Part shown: positions 12,163 through 25,268 of the stretch, piece after piece
How positions within the stretch are numbered: the first letter of the stretch is position 1
Layout of the letters: each line of letters starts with the position of its first letter
From: Vitrella brassicaformis CCMP3155
Lineage: Eukaryota; Protista; Chromerida
Direction: 5' to 3'
NCBI GenBank assembly: GCA_001179505.1
Contig: CDMY01000389.1
Coordinates: 25,785 to 89,784 of the forward strand
Length of the DNA: 64,000 bases
The notes under the pieces: generated by a model
What the model was told of the DNA's origin: nothing
The model's input: the letters and a program-made list of their open reading frames with translations, nothing else
The model's database searches: none
Translations under genes and position numbers: made by a program

Positions 12163-13503
12163 GGGAGGGAGGGAGGCGCTTGTCATTCGCCTCTCCTGTC
12201 GTATGTATCGCGCAGGGGATGTATCGCGCAGGGGGCTTATTGTGTTGTGTCTGTTGTATTATCAGCTGGACGAAGTATGTCAACAGCATCCGTGCCTGTG
12301 TGATGGATGCATCGTTGCTTGTGGTGCTGGGAGCGAGATTTTTGTCCACTCAGCGTGAGCTCGTGGTTGCTGGGGCTGATCGACGACTATGGAGATGGTG
12401 TGGATGCTTGTGCTGCATGTCGTAAGAGGGCTGCTGCGCATGTGTTGTTCGCCTGTGTGTTTCGTGTCTGTCGTATCGCTTGGGGGGCTTACTGACTGTT
12501 GCGTTGTATTGTATTGTGAGCTGGATGGGTGACGCAAGCAAAGCACCCGGAGTGATGTGTCATTGCTTACAAGTTGTGGTGACGGGAGCGAGATTTTTCA
12601 CGCCGAGTGAGCGTGTTGTTTCTTTGCTGATCGACGACCGAGGGGCTGCGTGAAGAGGCTGCTCCGCATTGATGGTTGTGTGGTTTATCCATCAATTCTC
12701 ATGGTGATGAGTTGGTGCCGACTGATGGTTTTTTTTTCCCCCTGCTGTTGGGTCCTGACGTGTGTGAGGGTGCGGGGCGATTGGGTGAGCATCGATCTAA
12801 TCGAGGTGAGGTGTGCTTTGTTTGGGTCCCGATCGCCATGATGCAGTGCCGCACGAGGGCTTGTTGGTCGTGAGGTGAAGTGTCTGTCATCTCCTTCTCT
12901 GCGCGTGTTAAGTTGCTGTGTCACGTGGATGTGAGTGCATGTTGCGTGAAGAGAGGCACATGCTGGCGTGTGTGCACTGCATCGTTTTCTATCGATGCCT
13001 TTATGGACACTGGTCGGGGGATGGGGGCGAGACACTAGCTGGGTCCACCCATAGTGGGTGAATGAAGCAGAGAAATTGGCGCGCTTGACAAACGTTAAAT
13101 GCTGTATCCGTTGTCAACACTCACGTACCGATCAGTCTGATCACTGTCACTTCAGCTGTCACGATAGACACGACAGGCGGGCAGGTACCATTCTATCTAG
13201 GTCGGCAATGTACACAGCACCGTGGAAAATCTCACCCTTCCATCCGAGTGCCTCTCTGACACGGGCAAAGTCAAACTGGCACGTCGAGAAGAGACCTCTT
13301 GTTTGGACCATCGTATGCACACAAGGAGGAAGATAAAACACCCAGGGCTCTCTCTCTCGACTTCGTTTGCATATGCCACCCACCCCGCCGGCTACATACT
13401 ACCGAAAAACTCGGGTTGTCCTTCTCGTCTTAAACCCATTCAACAGAGCGCATGCGCTGCTGGCCCCATATACGCCCCCTCTCTCCATCCGATGTGTCTG
13501 CAG

Positions 13504-14268
13504 CTAGTTCTTGGTGGTGGTGCAGCTGCCCGGCTGGCTCTGTACGCCGTCCTTTTCCTTGGCCATGGCCGTAAGCTGCGTCGGGACGCCAAAACTCATG
13601 CCGCAACCGCAGCTTTTGTCGGCGTTAGGATTGTCGAACCTACACACACGGACAGACAGACAGACAGACAGACAGATACACACACAGACATATACATCAC
13701 AAAAAGCGCTCCAGGCGGCGGCCTACCTGAATCCCCCGCCAATGAGGTCATCACAGTAGTCGAGCTGCATGCCGAATAGATAAAGCAGCGCCTTGGGATC
13801 GACGACGTACTTGAATCCCTCATCTTCGTAGGCCTCCACGGTATCGCGCGGCCCGACATCGGAGGCATCGATGAGGTCCATCGTGTAGGAAAGGCCGCTG
13901 CAGCCGCCGCTCTTGACTCCCATGCGTAGCACCAGATCCCCATCGCCATCCCTCTGCTTCTTGGCTCGGAGCTCGGCTATCCTCTCCAGTGCCTTTGGCG
14001 TGATATCGATTGCCCGACGTGATGTCGAGGCGCCACTTGACCGCACTGCCCAGCACAAAGCAAACGTGCTTGCGTGTTGGATGCTCGTCCCACGACCTCT
14101 GTGGTGCCCACCTGCCAGTGCTCGTCTTAGCAACACAGGCCTCCGTGGTGCGTTGACGCTCGCAGGCGGAGCGACAAAGGCAGCGGATCCTCGCGATTGA
14201 AGAAAGCGCCTGGCTGCCTCACTTGGCAGCACCGCAGCAGCACCAAGGATGAGGAAGAGATTCCACAT
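13504..14268 (-). CDS. sufA: Plastid-targeted SufA/IscA (HesB family) Fe-S cluster assembly protein
   Basis: IDITPKALERI, LRMGVKSGGCSGLSY, VVDPKALLYLFGMQLDYCDDLIGGGFR / FDNPNADKSCGCGMSF (CGCG motif). Signal peptide followed by an AAFVAPP transit-like leader; one intron. Confidence 0.93.
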
Positions 14269-14420
14269 TTTTCAATCTTCTCAAGTGGCGGCGATGGGCG
14301 CGTCTGTCGCTGTCGTCGTGGCGCCTCGACACGCGCCGAGACGGACCTATCCGTTGTGTTAGGGCGTGAACAGGTTTCGTGACGAGGATGGTTCGTTCGT
14401 TCGTTAACCTCTCGGGGAGT

Positions 14421-17400
14421 ATGAGTTCCGAGTCTGAGAGCTCCCAACACGACGACGAGAACGAGAGCTCATTCAACGATACCGAGTCAGAGGGGAATTC
14501 CGAGAGCAGTGGCGAGGAAAGCAACAGCTCCTCCGAAGCATCCGGTGAGTCCAGCGCATCCAGTGAATCAGGTGATGACGACGATGACGACTCCAGCAGC
14601 CCCACAGAAGCGCGACCCGAGATCAAGAAGCCAGTCAGCAGGAGATCAGACGCTATCCTCAGTGACTTGCGCTCGTGCCTTCCTCACGGTAACAAAACCA
14701 CTCCACGCACACATCGCTCTGAATGAGCACTCGTTTGCCTCTGCTGCAGGGGCGCGTGGAGGCCTGGGCATCTATCCCAGACGGGACACATCGGGAAAGC
14801 CGAAGGCGTACCGTCTGGCACTGCCCGGCTGGTCCACTTTTTCCCGGGTGATCAAGAACCGGCGCTGAGGAAGCACTTCGACAAGTCATTGAGGAGCGTA
14901 ACAGGCAGGCTAAGGAGAGGGGTCTGCCTCTACTGGTGGGATACGAGAAAGTGCTGAAGAGGCACTTTACTTCAGCCGGGCCAGCAGCCGAAGGAGAGGG
15001 GGAGGAGAAGAGAGGAAACGAGCAGCCACGGCGAGTGGCCACGAAAAGGAAGAGGAATGCTGAAAGTGCTGCCGCTGGCAATCATGCTGGTGAAGAGTTG
15101 GTGACATTGAAGAGACGCGGCATGTGAAGAACGCCAGGAAGGGGACCGGCAAGCGATCAGAAAGTCTCAATGAGAGGCAGCTATCATCATGAAGTCTCAA
15201 TGAGAGGCAGCTGTATTTCTTGGCGGTCCACTTCCAGTCCTATCTGCAGCCGATACGGCAGCTCGCCAAACAGCAGGGTGTCAAGACATTCAGCATTCAG
15301 TGGATTTCTGCCAAGAATACGCTGGTCTGCAAGTACCCGCTGGAGAAAGTGCCATACAAGGATGTGGAGAGAGGCACAAAGGGCATCCAGGTCAGCTCAG
15401 AGGACAAGAGGGTGGGCACATGCTAAGGAACGCACTCTCGTTTCTCTGTATCTCTCTCTTTCTGTGTCTGTATGTATGTATACATGTATCTGTTGTGTTA
15501 TGTCAGAAATGTTTGCGTTGTGTGATTGCCAAGCGCGTCAACTTGATGGAGCCTGACAACCGGCTCAAAGGATGGCAGGCGGCCTTGGAAGGCCCACAAG
15601 TGCACTTCGACCCTACGATCGACTACAAGGTGCGTCAACTCAGTAAGCAGTAGACAAAGGAAATACAAATCGAGTAAGCTGCGATGGTGTGTGTGTGTGT
15701 GTGTGTGCAGGCCCTGTATGAGGCTCAGCGGAACAAGGACAAGGCGGCCGGACAGGAGAATGCGAGTGCAGCGAGTGGACTTGATCCGACCGGCGTTGTG
15801 CGTGCATTGAGGCGAGTACGGGACCCTACAGGAAACAAGAACAGCTCCAACTTCGGCATCGGCGGCCAGAAGAACAGCAAGGATCCCCGCTTCCTCGTGA
15901 AGATGGGCGAGAACCCCAGGAAGACCTTCTCCATCCGCGTGCACGGGCGCAAGACGGCGCTCATTATGGCTGTCAACGAGCGCAATCGCCAGGCGGCCGA
16001 GAACGGGGCCCTCTCGCCCATCGTTGGGTACGAGGGGGTGGCCGACTCATTCGAGCGGGGCGAGATTGGCGTGGCTATGGCAGCTGATGGGACGGGATCG
16101 GTGGCTCCTTCAGCCAAATCTGATGCCATCGAGTCATCCAACCTGGCCGACTCCAAGCAGCTGCGTGAGGCCGGGAGGCCGGTCTTGGACATGATGATGG
16201 AGGAGTCGTCGAGCGACAGCGACAGCGATGACGACAGGGTCATTCCGATGAGGCGTGGGAGGGAGGGGGCGCGGGGGCTGTGGGGTGGGAGCGGNNNNNN
16301 NNNNNNNNNNNNNNNNNNNNNNNNNNNNNNNNNNNNNNNNNNNNNNNNNNNNNNNNNNNNNNNNNNNNNNNNNNNNNNNNNNNNNNNNNNNNNNNNNNNN
16401 NNNNNNNNNNNNNNNNNNNNNNNNNNNNNNNNNNNNNNNNNNNNNNNNNNNNNNNNNNNNNNNNNNNNNNNNNNNNNNNNNNNNNNNNNNNNNNNNNNNN
16501 NNNNNNNNNNNNNNNNNNNNNNNNNNNNNNNNNNNNNNNNNNNNNNNNNNNNNNNNNNNNNNNNNNNNNNNNNNNNNNNNNNNNNNNNNNNNNNCGTCAA
16601 CTCAGTAAGCAGTAGACAAAGGAAATACAAATCGAGTAAGCTGCGATGGTGTGTGTGTGTGTGTGTGTGCAGGCCCTGTATGAGGCTCAGCGGAACAAGG
16701 ACAAGGCGGCCGGACAGGAGAATGCGAGTGCAGCGAGTGGACTTGATCCGACCGGCGTTGTGCGTGCATTGAGGCGAGTACGGGACCCTACAGGAAACAA
16801 GAACAGCTCCAACTTCGGCATCGGCGGCCAGAAGAACAGCAAGGATCCCCGCTTCCTCGTGAAGATGGGCGAGAACCCCAGGAAGACCTTCTCCATCCGC
16901 GTGCACGGGCGCAAGACGGCGCTCATTATGGCTGTCAACGAGCGCAATCGCCAGGCGGCCGAGAACGGGGCCCTCTCGCCCATCGTTGGGTACGAGGGGG
17001 TGGCCGACTCATTCGAGCGGGGCGAGATTGGCGTGGCTATGGCAGCTGATGGACCGGCATCGGTGGCTCCTTCAGCCAAATCTGATGCCATCGAGTCATC
17101 CAACCTGGCCGACTCCAAGCAGCTGCCTGAGCGGCGGGAGGGCGGGAGGCCGGTATTGGATATGATGAGAGAGGAGTCGTCGAGCGACAGCGACAGCGAT
17201 GACGACAGGGTCATTCCGATGAGGCGTGGGAGGGAGGGGGCGCGGGGGCTGTGGGGTGGGAGCCGCTTGGCTGACCATGACATTGTCGAGGCCGTAAGGA
17301 AGGTGCGCGGCATGGAGAAAGTCGCACTCAGGCTGCACAAGGTCAGTCGACACACATATACGTCGACACTTGTGATTTACTCTGTCTGCCTTGCTCTCTA

Positions 17401-17937
17401 TCAGGGCGAGGTGTCTGCTGGTCAGTTGCTTGAGACGCTTCAGGACGGCAGCCAAGCGCTCTCTCGACTGAACAACCTTATCTCCACCCAGCAGCTGCGC
17501 ATTGGCCATGTGATAGATGTATGTGCTGCTATCCGCGGTGTGCAAGGCGACCCTCTGCTGGCCTCTTACCGCGAGGATGAGAAGTGCAGGAAGCTGATTG
17601 AGCTGCAATCACCAGACATGCTATACGATGGCCTCAGCGAGGACCCCAAACTACATCCGCTGGCCACTAGCCTGAAAGAGGTGAGCACAATGGCACACAC
17701 ACAGACACACGTGTCCGTGTATGTTTGTTGCGGTGTGTGAAGGAGCGTGTGTCTGGTGTTGGGCTGGTGAGGTTGATCCGCTTATGCAATCGTGTGCTGG
17801 AGAAGGAAGAAGAGCGCTTTCTTGAGAGTCTGATGATGTCCCAACCAGATGGCCTTCGGTTGCGCGTCTTCCAGTGGCATGTGCGGCTGATCCTCTTAGC
17901 GCTGACGAAGCATGGCATATTGGAATCAGCGAAGTGA
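14421..17937 (+). pseudogene. ApiAP2-like + SAM-like gene, copy B (disrupted; internally duplicated across gap 2)
   Basis: Paralogue of 9002-10953 with the same exons. It has frameshifts near 14870 and 15100 and an in-frame TGA at 15190-15192 inside a 30-bp insertion. The 3' exons are intact to ...GILESAK* at 17937. Confidence 0.7.
16595..17250 (+). repeat. Repeat of 15633-16294 on the other side of gap 2
   Basis: Post-gap sequence restarts at cgtcaactcagtaagcag, which also occurs at 15633 (offset 962). Confidence 0.9.
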
Positions 17938-18192
17938 CTTAGTCAGGAATATGTCACATCATCAGTTGTATAACTCGAGTTTGCAGAGGGACCTTAAGAG
18001 GCATGTCATTATTATATCTGCTTTCTGGTGGATGCCCGTTCTTGTATGATTGCTGCATATCACAGCTGACTGCATCATATCACAGCTGACTGCATCTGAT
18101 TCAGACAGCTTGTGAACTCAGAGCCGGGGACGACACATGGGTTAGAGCGGTAACGGAACGCGAAACTCAACGCAAGCCCACCTGTAAAAAAG

Positions 18193-21100
18193 ATGTGGTT
18201 CGACCACCTGCGGCCTCGGACACCCCCTCGAACCTCGCGGCTTCCCTCCCGCAGTCCTCCCCCCCGACAGCCGGCCTCTCCTCCGCCTCCGCCATGGTGG
18301 CATGAGGCCTCTCGAGCTCCGTCGCGTTCGCCGCCTCCGTTCAGAAGCAGATCACGTTCACCGACACCATACAGACGAGGTTTGTGAGCGAGCGAGTGAC
18401 TGAATGAATGAATGAATGACTGCTACACTTTCGTTTCTGCGTTGATTGCCTGTCACGTGCCTGGCTTCTTCAGGTCGTTCGCCGCGGGAGAACAGCGTTC
18501 CGGATTCCATCCTCGACCGCGAGTCTGACACACTGGCGGCGCTTGAGGAGATCTGTGGGGCAAGGATATCGATCAGACGAGACAGACGAGTCGGCCCTCC
18601 GCTTACGATAGATGGGCCGGCTCCCGGTAGGAGACTGGCGAATCGGCTCATTGAGCTGCTGTCGGAGAGAGAGAGGCGGCCGTTGGATGAGCCGCTCACG
18701 CTGCCTGAGAGGCGGCTTATGGCTATTCGTAATGATGATCGGGATTCCTTCTGCGTCGTGAGTGTGCCTGACGAGCCTGACTGCAAGTCAGTCATTCGAG
18801 GGAGAATCAAAGCGGCTGGCAAGAAACTGCTGGTGTTCTGCGTAGGTTCCAAAGGGCCCTTGCAGGTGGGTGGGTGGAAAGACATGGAAAACGCACACAC
18901 ATCACATCCCTGGTTTTCTCTTGCTGTGGGATCTATCGATCAGCCCAGTCCTCTCTTTAGCTGTCCTGATCGATGCGTACTTTTGGTCATCTTCGGAGAA
19001 AGGTAGGGGAACGAACAGCACAGCGCCTGTTTTTTGCTTTAATCTCTGTGTGGCATGTGCAGTTTTGGGCGGCAGCGCTTTGCCTTGGACGTGATGCACG
19101 ACGTGGAAGTCATTCGTCCTCATTCGTATCCTCGATGCTATGCGGATTATCGGCCTTGTGACTCTCCATTTCGCCAGCTGCCTCCTAGCAGCCCTGACGC
19201 GAGCAGCATTGACGCAGAGCAATGCTACGTGGGACGCGAGCATATCGGCCATATCATCAGTCGGCGATCCGTGTTCCAGTGTGTGACCGACTGCTGTGCA
19301 ATGGTCGTGGGGAAGTCTGCTAACTCTGCAATCGTACTCGGTGCGAGCAGCAGATGCAAGTGCGTAGTATGTTACAGCCGAGTGCATGTGTGGATGATGT
19401 TTGTTTGCAGGTCCTCTATTTGCCAGGCGATGGTGCATGAAGCTAATCTGGGACAACACAAGGTCGTTCAAGTATTCTGTTGACATGAGGGCTCTGGACA
19501 GCTCAAATGAGTCTCTCTTCCCCCCCCTGACCAGCAGCGATTTGAGAGATAGGTATAAATAAATGGCCAACTAGGAATGGTGCAGTGTGTTTGTTTGTTT
19601 GTCTCTGTGTGTCGTCTGTGTAGGCGATGCGTTCTTCGACAAGACAAGGTGCTTTTCGTTGTCGCCGACGCAGTTGCTGCTGAGGCACAGAAGGTTATCC
19701 ATTTACTCAAAAGGAGCAAAGCCCATACGTTGTCTTATTGGACGACCGAGTACGCACACGGAGAGGCAAAACACAGGAGGCGGCCTCTGTATTCTCACGT
19801 GTGCTGTCCCCCTAGGCTGCCTGGCCTGCTGTCAGAAGGTCGCCAGGTGCGGCTGGTCTTGGGCTGTGAGCCGAGGGATGCACAAACACTAGCGGGTCAC
19901 TTACTAGACACACTGCCGAATGCCAAAGCCTTCTTGCTGCCGCCGAATCGGTAGGCTAAGGACGAAACATGGTGATGGCATCCATCTGTACTTCCTTTGC
20001 CGTTCATCTCTTTGTTTGGTAGGGATGATCTTCACTTTGATGAGGTGCCAAGGTGTGAGCTGACTTCACGGCCGGTCCGACTCAGTCCAGCAGCGCCGCC
20101 AACACATCAGGAGCGGCCAAACGACATCCCGAATTCTCATCGTCGGCCACAAGAGCCTGCGCTGTTTCCCAAGATGCCTGCTGCCGCCCCCACAAGAGCT
20201 GCCGAGCAGACCTCCAACAACCAGGCGGTGCTGGCCGCAGACAAGGGCGGCGAAAAAGGTCAGCGATGGCCACCATGACAGAGGCATACGAACGCTCATT
20301 CATCATGGCCCTTGTCTCTCTGTGTGTATGCTGTGTGTGTAGGGTGTGACGCACCTGAGGCTCCAGCTGCTGTGGCGGCGGCAGAGGAAGCAGTGCTGCC
20401 GGCAGAACGGAAGGATAAAGAGCGTGCAGCAGATCACCAGCCCCCGACGGCCCGTCCGGCTAACCACCCTGACGCCCCCAAGGCGTCTTTCACCCATTCG
20501 CCCATCACACCGGCCGCTGCCTCTGCTCCCCCTATTGCCCCGCAGCACCACCACCGCCCCTCCGGGCCCGGCCTTTCAAGCGCCCGCTCGCGTGAGTCAG
20601 AACATCCCAGCGAAGCCAAGTCCAGCAATGGCGCATACTTCGGCGGCTTCTTCGGCGACTCGCCCGATGATGAGAAGGACAGAGAGGACAACGACGATGA
20701 GTACTGGGCCCGTGCAAGACAGGCGCCCAAATCAGACGCCAGCGTGAGCGAGGAAGGGCAAGAGGGCGATGGAGACGAGCAGATGGGCAGCGGAGAGGCT
20801 GACGATGGCCGAGTGGCGTGGGATGCGATGACGGTCGACGACCTGCACTTCATTCTGTCGATCCACCCGTGCCCAGAGGTCAACAAGGTGGCTGACGCTC
20901 TCACCACGGGCATGGTAAGGGGGACAGACCGGGGAGAGAGAGAGGGATGACACACTGGCTGGATGTCTGTGTCTATTTATTTATCAGCAGACGAGCAAGG
21001 AGGGCTCATCGTCTTCGGCATCAAGCGGCAGTCTCTTATCCTCTTCTGACTGCAGCGGCTACACGCCCCAACACCTCCTCGACGATCTCGCCGGCCCCCT

Positions 21101-21503
21101 CCCTCTCGCACTCCACCTGCGCCCCGCAGCCGACATGCGACACGCGCTTCTTCCCGTCATGCGCGTGGGCCCCATGATTGCCATCTATTTGACGCTGAGG
21201 CAGGTCCGTCGGCTGGCCGAGACGAGGGGCGGTGTCAGCCGCGGCGACATTGCGGAGGCGCTCGAGAGCAGCCGGGAGGGCGATGATTGTCACAATCCTC
21301 TGGCTGCGGAGGATGTGTTGGCTGTGGGCGAGCTGTATGACATGCTCAAGACGGGCCAGGGGCTGAGGCCACTCGCGAACCGACTCAAACAGGTGGGTGG
21401 CAGACCACAGGCAGCGTCCATCTAGCGAGGTGATGCATTTGTGTGTGTGTGTTTCGTGTATGTTGTCAGGAGAGGTTCACAGGTGTGTCGCTGGGTCACG
21501 TGC
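18193..21503 (+). CDS. RS/RSP-rich, degenerate KH-domain protein with SAM-like C-terminus, copy 1 (3' end in gap)
   Basis: N-terminal RSP/RSRS repeats; KH-like DTLAALEEICGARISI and YVGREHIGHIISRRSVFQCVTDCCAMVVG...GPLFARRWCMKLIW; P-rich and acidic linker; C-terminal helical module. Colinear with 25269-28502. Confidence 0.6.
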
Positions 21504-21905
21504 NNNNNNNNNNNNNNNNNNNNNNNNNNNNNNNNNNNNNNNNNNNNNNNNNNNNNNNNNNNNNNNNNNNNNNNNNNNNNNNNNNNNNNNNNNNNNNNNN
21601 NNNNNNNNNNNNNNNNNNNNNNNNNNNNNNNNNNNNNNNNNNNNNNNNNNNNNNNNNNNNNNNNNNNNNNNNNNNNNNNNNNNNNNNNNNNNNNNNNNNN
21701 NNNNNNNNNNNNNNNNNNNNNNNNNNNNNNNNNNNNNNNNNNNNNNNNNNNNNNNNNNNNNNNNNNNNNNNNNNNNNNNNNNNNNNNNNNNNNNNNNNNN
21801 NNNCGGAGCAGGTACAGTTCAGCGCCAATCCAATAATGAGGGATTGGCACAGTCAAGAGCAATGGTGGAGAGCCGCCGTCGGTGTCTCTGTGTCTGATGT
21901 GGTGC

Positions 21906-22038
21906 AGGTACATCGACGTAGTCCTACGCGGCACGGAGCAGGTACAGTTCAGCGCCAATCCAATAATGATGGGGGCGGTGGACAAGCGGCTAAGTTGGAG
22001 GAGGGGAGAAGGACCTGGCCATGGCACAGGCGCTGATT
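21906..22038 (+). other. Orphan terminal-exon-like fragment, with a ~35-bp direct repeat of the sequence at the gap edge
   Basis: After a cag acceptor it reads YIDVVLRGTEQVQFSANPIMMGAVDKRLSWRRGEG...D*. The string ggagcaggtacagttcagcgccaatccaataatga occurs at about 21805 and 21935. Confidence 0.35.
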
Positions 22039-23239
22039 AGGTGGGGGATGCATCTGTGTGAGGAGGAGAGGGAGGCCATAGACACCATAATCAAGTGAAA
22101 AGAAACACACACGGCTTGCATCGGCCCTCTGCGAGCGGTCGATATCATACACGTGTCTGTTTACCTTTGTGTGTCTGTCCGCTGTTCCGTCGCAGACGTT
22201 GCCGGGCCTTCTTGTGACGGCACGGAGGAGGTGGTGGGGCGGGTGCTGTATTGACAGTGTGAGGCGATGTACTTGAGCCACCATCGGTCTTTGAGAGAAG
22301 GTATGGGCATCGAAGATGTGATACAGCTTCTTTGACCGATGTGACTGCCTGTGCTGCCATGTCTCTGTCTGTGATATCTGTTTTCAGCCGCAGTGCATCG
22401 CTGCCTTCATTTTATATCCGTGGACATATCTTTTCTTCTGATCCCAGCCAGCATTGGGGCTCTTCGTTGACGCCAGCGTCGCAGCCACACAGGACGGCCT
22501 TAATTGAATTTCCGGCAAGCCAACCTCTGAGACGCTGGAGCACTTCATGAGGGACGATGTCGTGACCAGCGACACGTGGGACGAGGCAGACATCTGGGCC
22601 CTCGCCACCACTGCCATGAAGGCCGTGTTCAACCAACAGAAATTTCTGCTCATCGACGCCCAGGAGGTACACGCAACACTGGGCAGCCACACAACTCGTG
22701 CAGCATCCGAAAGCACGATGTGTATGGATTTCTTGAAAGGCGTGACAGCCTGACAAGCTGATGGCGTGGCAGCGGGAGCAAGAGGGGTGGGCGTCTGTGG
22801 TGAGTTGAGCTGGGGATAGTGTGTGAGGAGACAGGAGGATTCCTTCGGTCATGTCTCTGTATGTGTCTCTAAGCAGGCTCATCCGATCGCTGTCTACATT
22901 TGATATTGGTGGACATATCATAGCCTTTCAACGCCCTCAACCACACGGCCTGCGTGACTACCGCCCGCGCCCAGTCTACTCAGGTCGAGTGAAGGAACAG
23001 GGGAGATGAAATGGGGAGGCTGTTGTGGTTTGTTCACCTTCCTCTCCTCTATGTCACGTGTGCAGGTATGGTCGCACCCCCATCGACCTGTAAGTACCCA
23101 GACAACCACCAGAGGCAGCAACAGAGGGCATCTGTTCGTGTGTTGATGTCTTCAGGATCGTCGACGTCGCTCGTCGGTGTCGCCTCTCCCCCGAAAGCGC
23201 CGTCCCGCCGCCCTCGTGTGCCAACGAGGGTGAGCTGGT

Positions 23240-24445
23240 GCGTGTGAGTGAGATGTACGGCGTCCTCGAGGCCATGTACCCCAACATCCTCGCCAAAGAC
23301 GTCATGCAGTCCTCATCATGACCGGCAAGAAACAACCTAAGATGACATGCCTCTTCAAGTGAGAACAGACAAACGAAGGGCATCACGCCATTCTCTATGC
23401 GTATGTGTGTGTCAGGAGTTCGCTGCACGGTTCGTCGTATGCCAGTCTGGTGCAGCGTGTGGTGGGGCGGCGCGGCCTCCTGTTCGTCATCAAGTGCGAC
23501 AACACCGGCAAGGTGGCCATCGCTGGCGGTCGCGTGTGGCTGGGGTATGGCAAGGACGGCCCGACTGACGACCTTCTCACTGTCGTCAGTGGGTGTTGAA
23601 GAAGGAGCTGCCGGCCAGCAGGAAATTTGTGGGCAAGACCATCAGCAGCAAGGCCGCGAGCCTCTGTGGGGCTGAGACCCACAACTTCACCGCCCAGCGT
23701 GTGGAGGTCTTCCAGGTAAGTCAGCCAGGCATCAACCAGAGGCACACAAATGGCTGTAGACATCATGAGATTCTTCTTCTGGCTGTGTGCAGGTGTGGAG
23801 TGGGCTGCCGGTCGACCCCATCGTGTCTTAGTCCGACATGCAAGCACACGTCGACGCGACTGGCATGACGGACGCAAAGCCAAAACTCCTCTACAAGTGA
23901 GCAACCGATGACAGGGAGGCTTATGGTAACTCGTGAGTGATATCCCTGTGGTGCTTTCGTGTCTATGTGTCAGGGGTGAGCGTGACGGCTGGGAGCCCGA
24001 GGCCGTGTTCAAGAATGTGGGCGACGCCACCGACCTCCTGCTGCTCCTCAAAGACCCCAGCGGCCCCATCATCGCCTCCCACATCGAGGGCCCCCGACCC
24101 CACTGCAGAGGCGACGGCCCTAGCGACGACCCGCTGTGCTGTGTCGCTCTTCTCGGTGTGCGGCGCATTCGAGGAAGACGGTATCATCAAGATCGAGGTG
24201 CCCGAGGACAATCAGGACGTGACGGTGGCGGGCACCAAGGGGGCGGTGATGAACAGGGACGGTGAGCCATGCGGCAAGGTGTGCATCGCCAATGGCCGCC
24301 TGTGGCCGGGGATCGGCTATCACGGCCACAGGGATGAGCTGCCGGCCGACAAAAAGTACATCGGGACCATCACCAACACGGGGAACGTCAGCTTGGCCTC
24401 ATCGTCGACTTCACGGCTGCCGATATGGAGATCTACACACTGAAG
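23240..24445 (+). pseudogene. Two degenerate TLDc-like domains with frameshifts
   Basis: SSLHGSSYASLVQRVVGRRGLLFVIK...NFTAQRVEVFQ and ERDGWEPEAVFKNVGDATDLLLLLK...DFTAADMEIYTL match TLDc N- and C-terminal motifs. Frame changes near 23578, 24140 and 24405. Confidence 0.6.
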
Positions 24446-24844
24446 GTCAGGGGAAGAGAAGGAAGACAGACACACACGATGAATGATCCGTCTCCCTGTG
24501 TGTGTGTTCAGCCGTCTGCTGGGTGGCAGTGGGTGAGTGCCGTCGCCTCCGTCATGATGAACTCACGACCGACGTGATGACTGTTGAGGGAGGCAGACAG
24601 GCAAACACCTGTGTGTGTGTATGTGAGACAGACCTGTCTGCGCTGCATTGACACGTCGCATGGCCGAGTGCTTCATCGCCGCCGCTGCATCCATTCATCC
24701 ACATGTGTGTCTGTGTGGAAGCCGGCGACTCGTTTGTGTCTCTGGGTGTGCGCACAGAGTCTATCAGACCACTGGGGGTGGCGGGTGCATTTGAGCCATC
24801 GCAGAGGATTCTCTCTATCGATGTGTGTGTGTTCATGTCTATAG

Positions 24845-25064
24845 CCAGCGGACCTCTGTGCGTGTGGTGTGTCGCGATGCTGTACAGACAACACCGCTCC
24901 GGCTGTGCAGCGGCGGTGTGCGGGACATCCGTGAGCAGCGATTCCTTGAGAGTCTGATGCTGTCCCAGCCAGATGGCCTTCGTGTGCGCGTCTTCCAGTG
25001 GCATGTGCGGCTGATCCTCTCAGCGCTGATGAAGCATGGCGTGTTGGAGCCGGCCAGGCAGTGA
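24845..25064 (+). pseudogene. Orphan copy of the last exon of the AP2-SAM gene family
   Basis: EQRFLESLMLSQPDGLRVRVFQWHVRLILSALMKHGVLEPARQ* is nearly identical to EERFLESLMMSQPDGLRLRVFQWHVRLILLALTKHGILESAK* (about 17810-17937). Confidence 0.8.
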
Positions 25065-25087
25065 GTTGGATAGGACGCAGACAGGCG

Positions 25088-25122
<35 letters not shown>

Positions 25123-25268
25123 GTGTGTGTGTGCGGTTGGGATGTCTGCATGTTGACGAGTGAGTGAGAACTACACTGAGTAGGTCTTTGTCGAAAGGTA
25201 CGTGGGTGTGCATGCAGCATGGCAAATGTTTATTGTGCCACGGACAGACCACGGAATGAATCCGATCC

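Noticed and set aside
12200-12700. Diverged direct repeat (gggagcgagattttt...gctgatcgacgac at about 12330 and 12585) and small tandem duplications at 12203 and 18057
   Set aside because: Short and degenerate, with no terminal repeats or coding signal; consistent with ordinary local duplication.
21804-21970. 35-bp direct repeats as a possible CRISPR array
   Set aside because: Only two copies, in a eukaryotic intron-exon context, with no cas genes.
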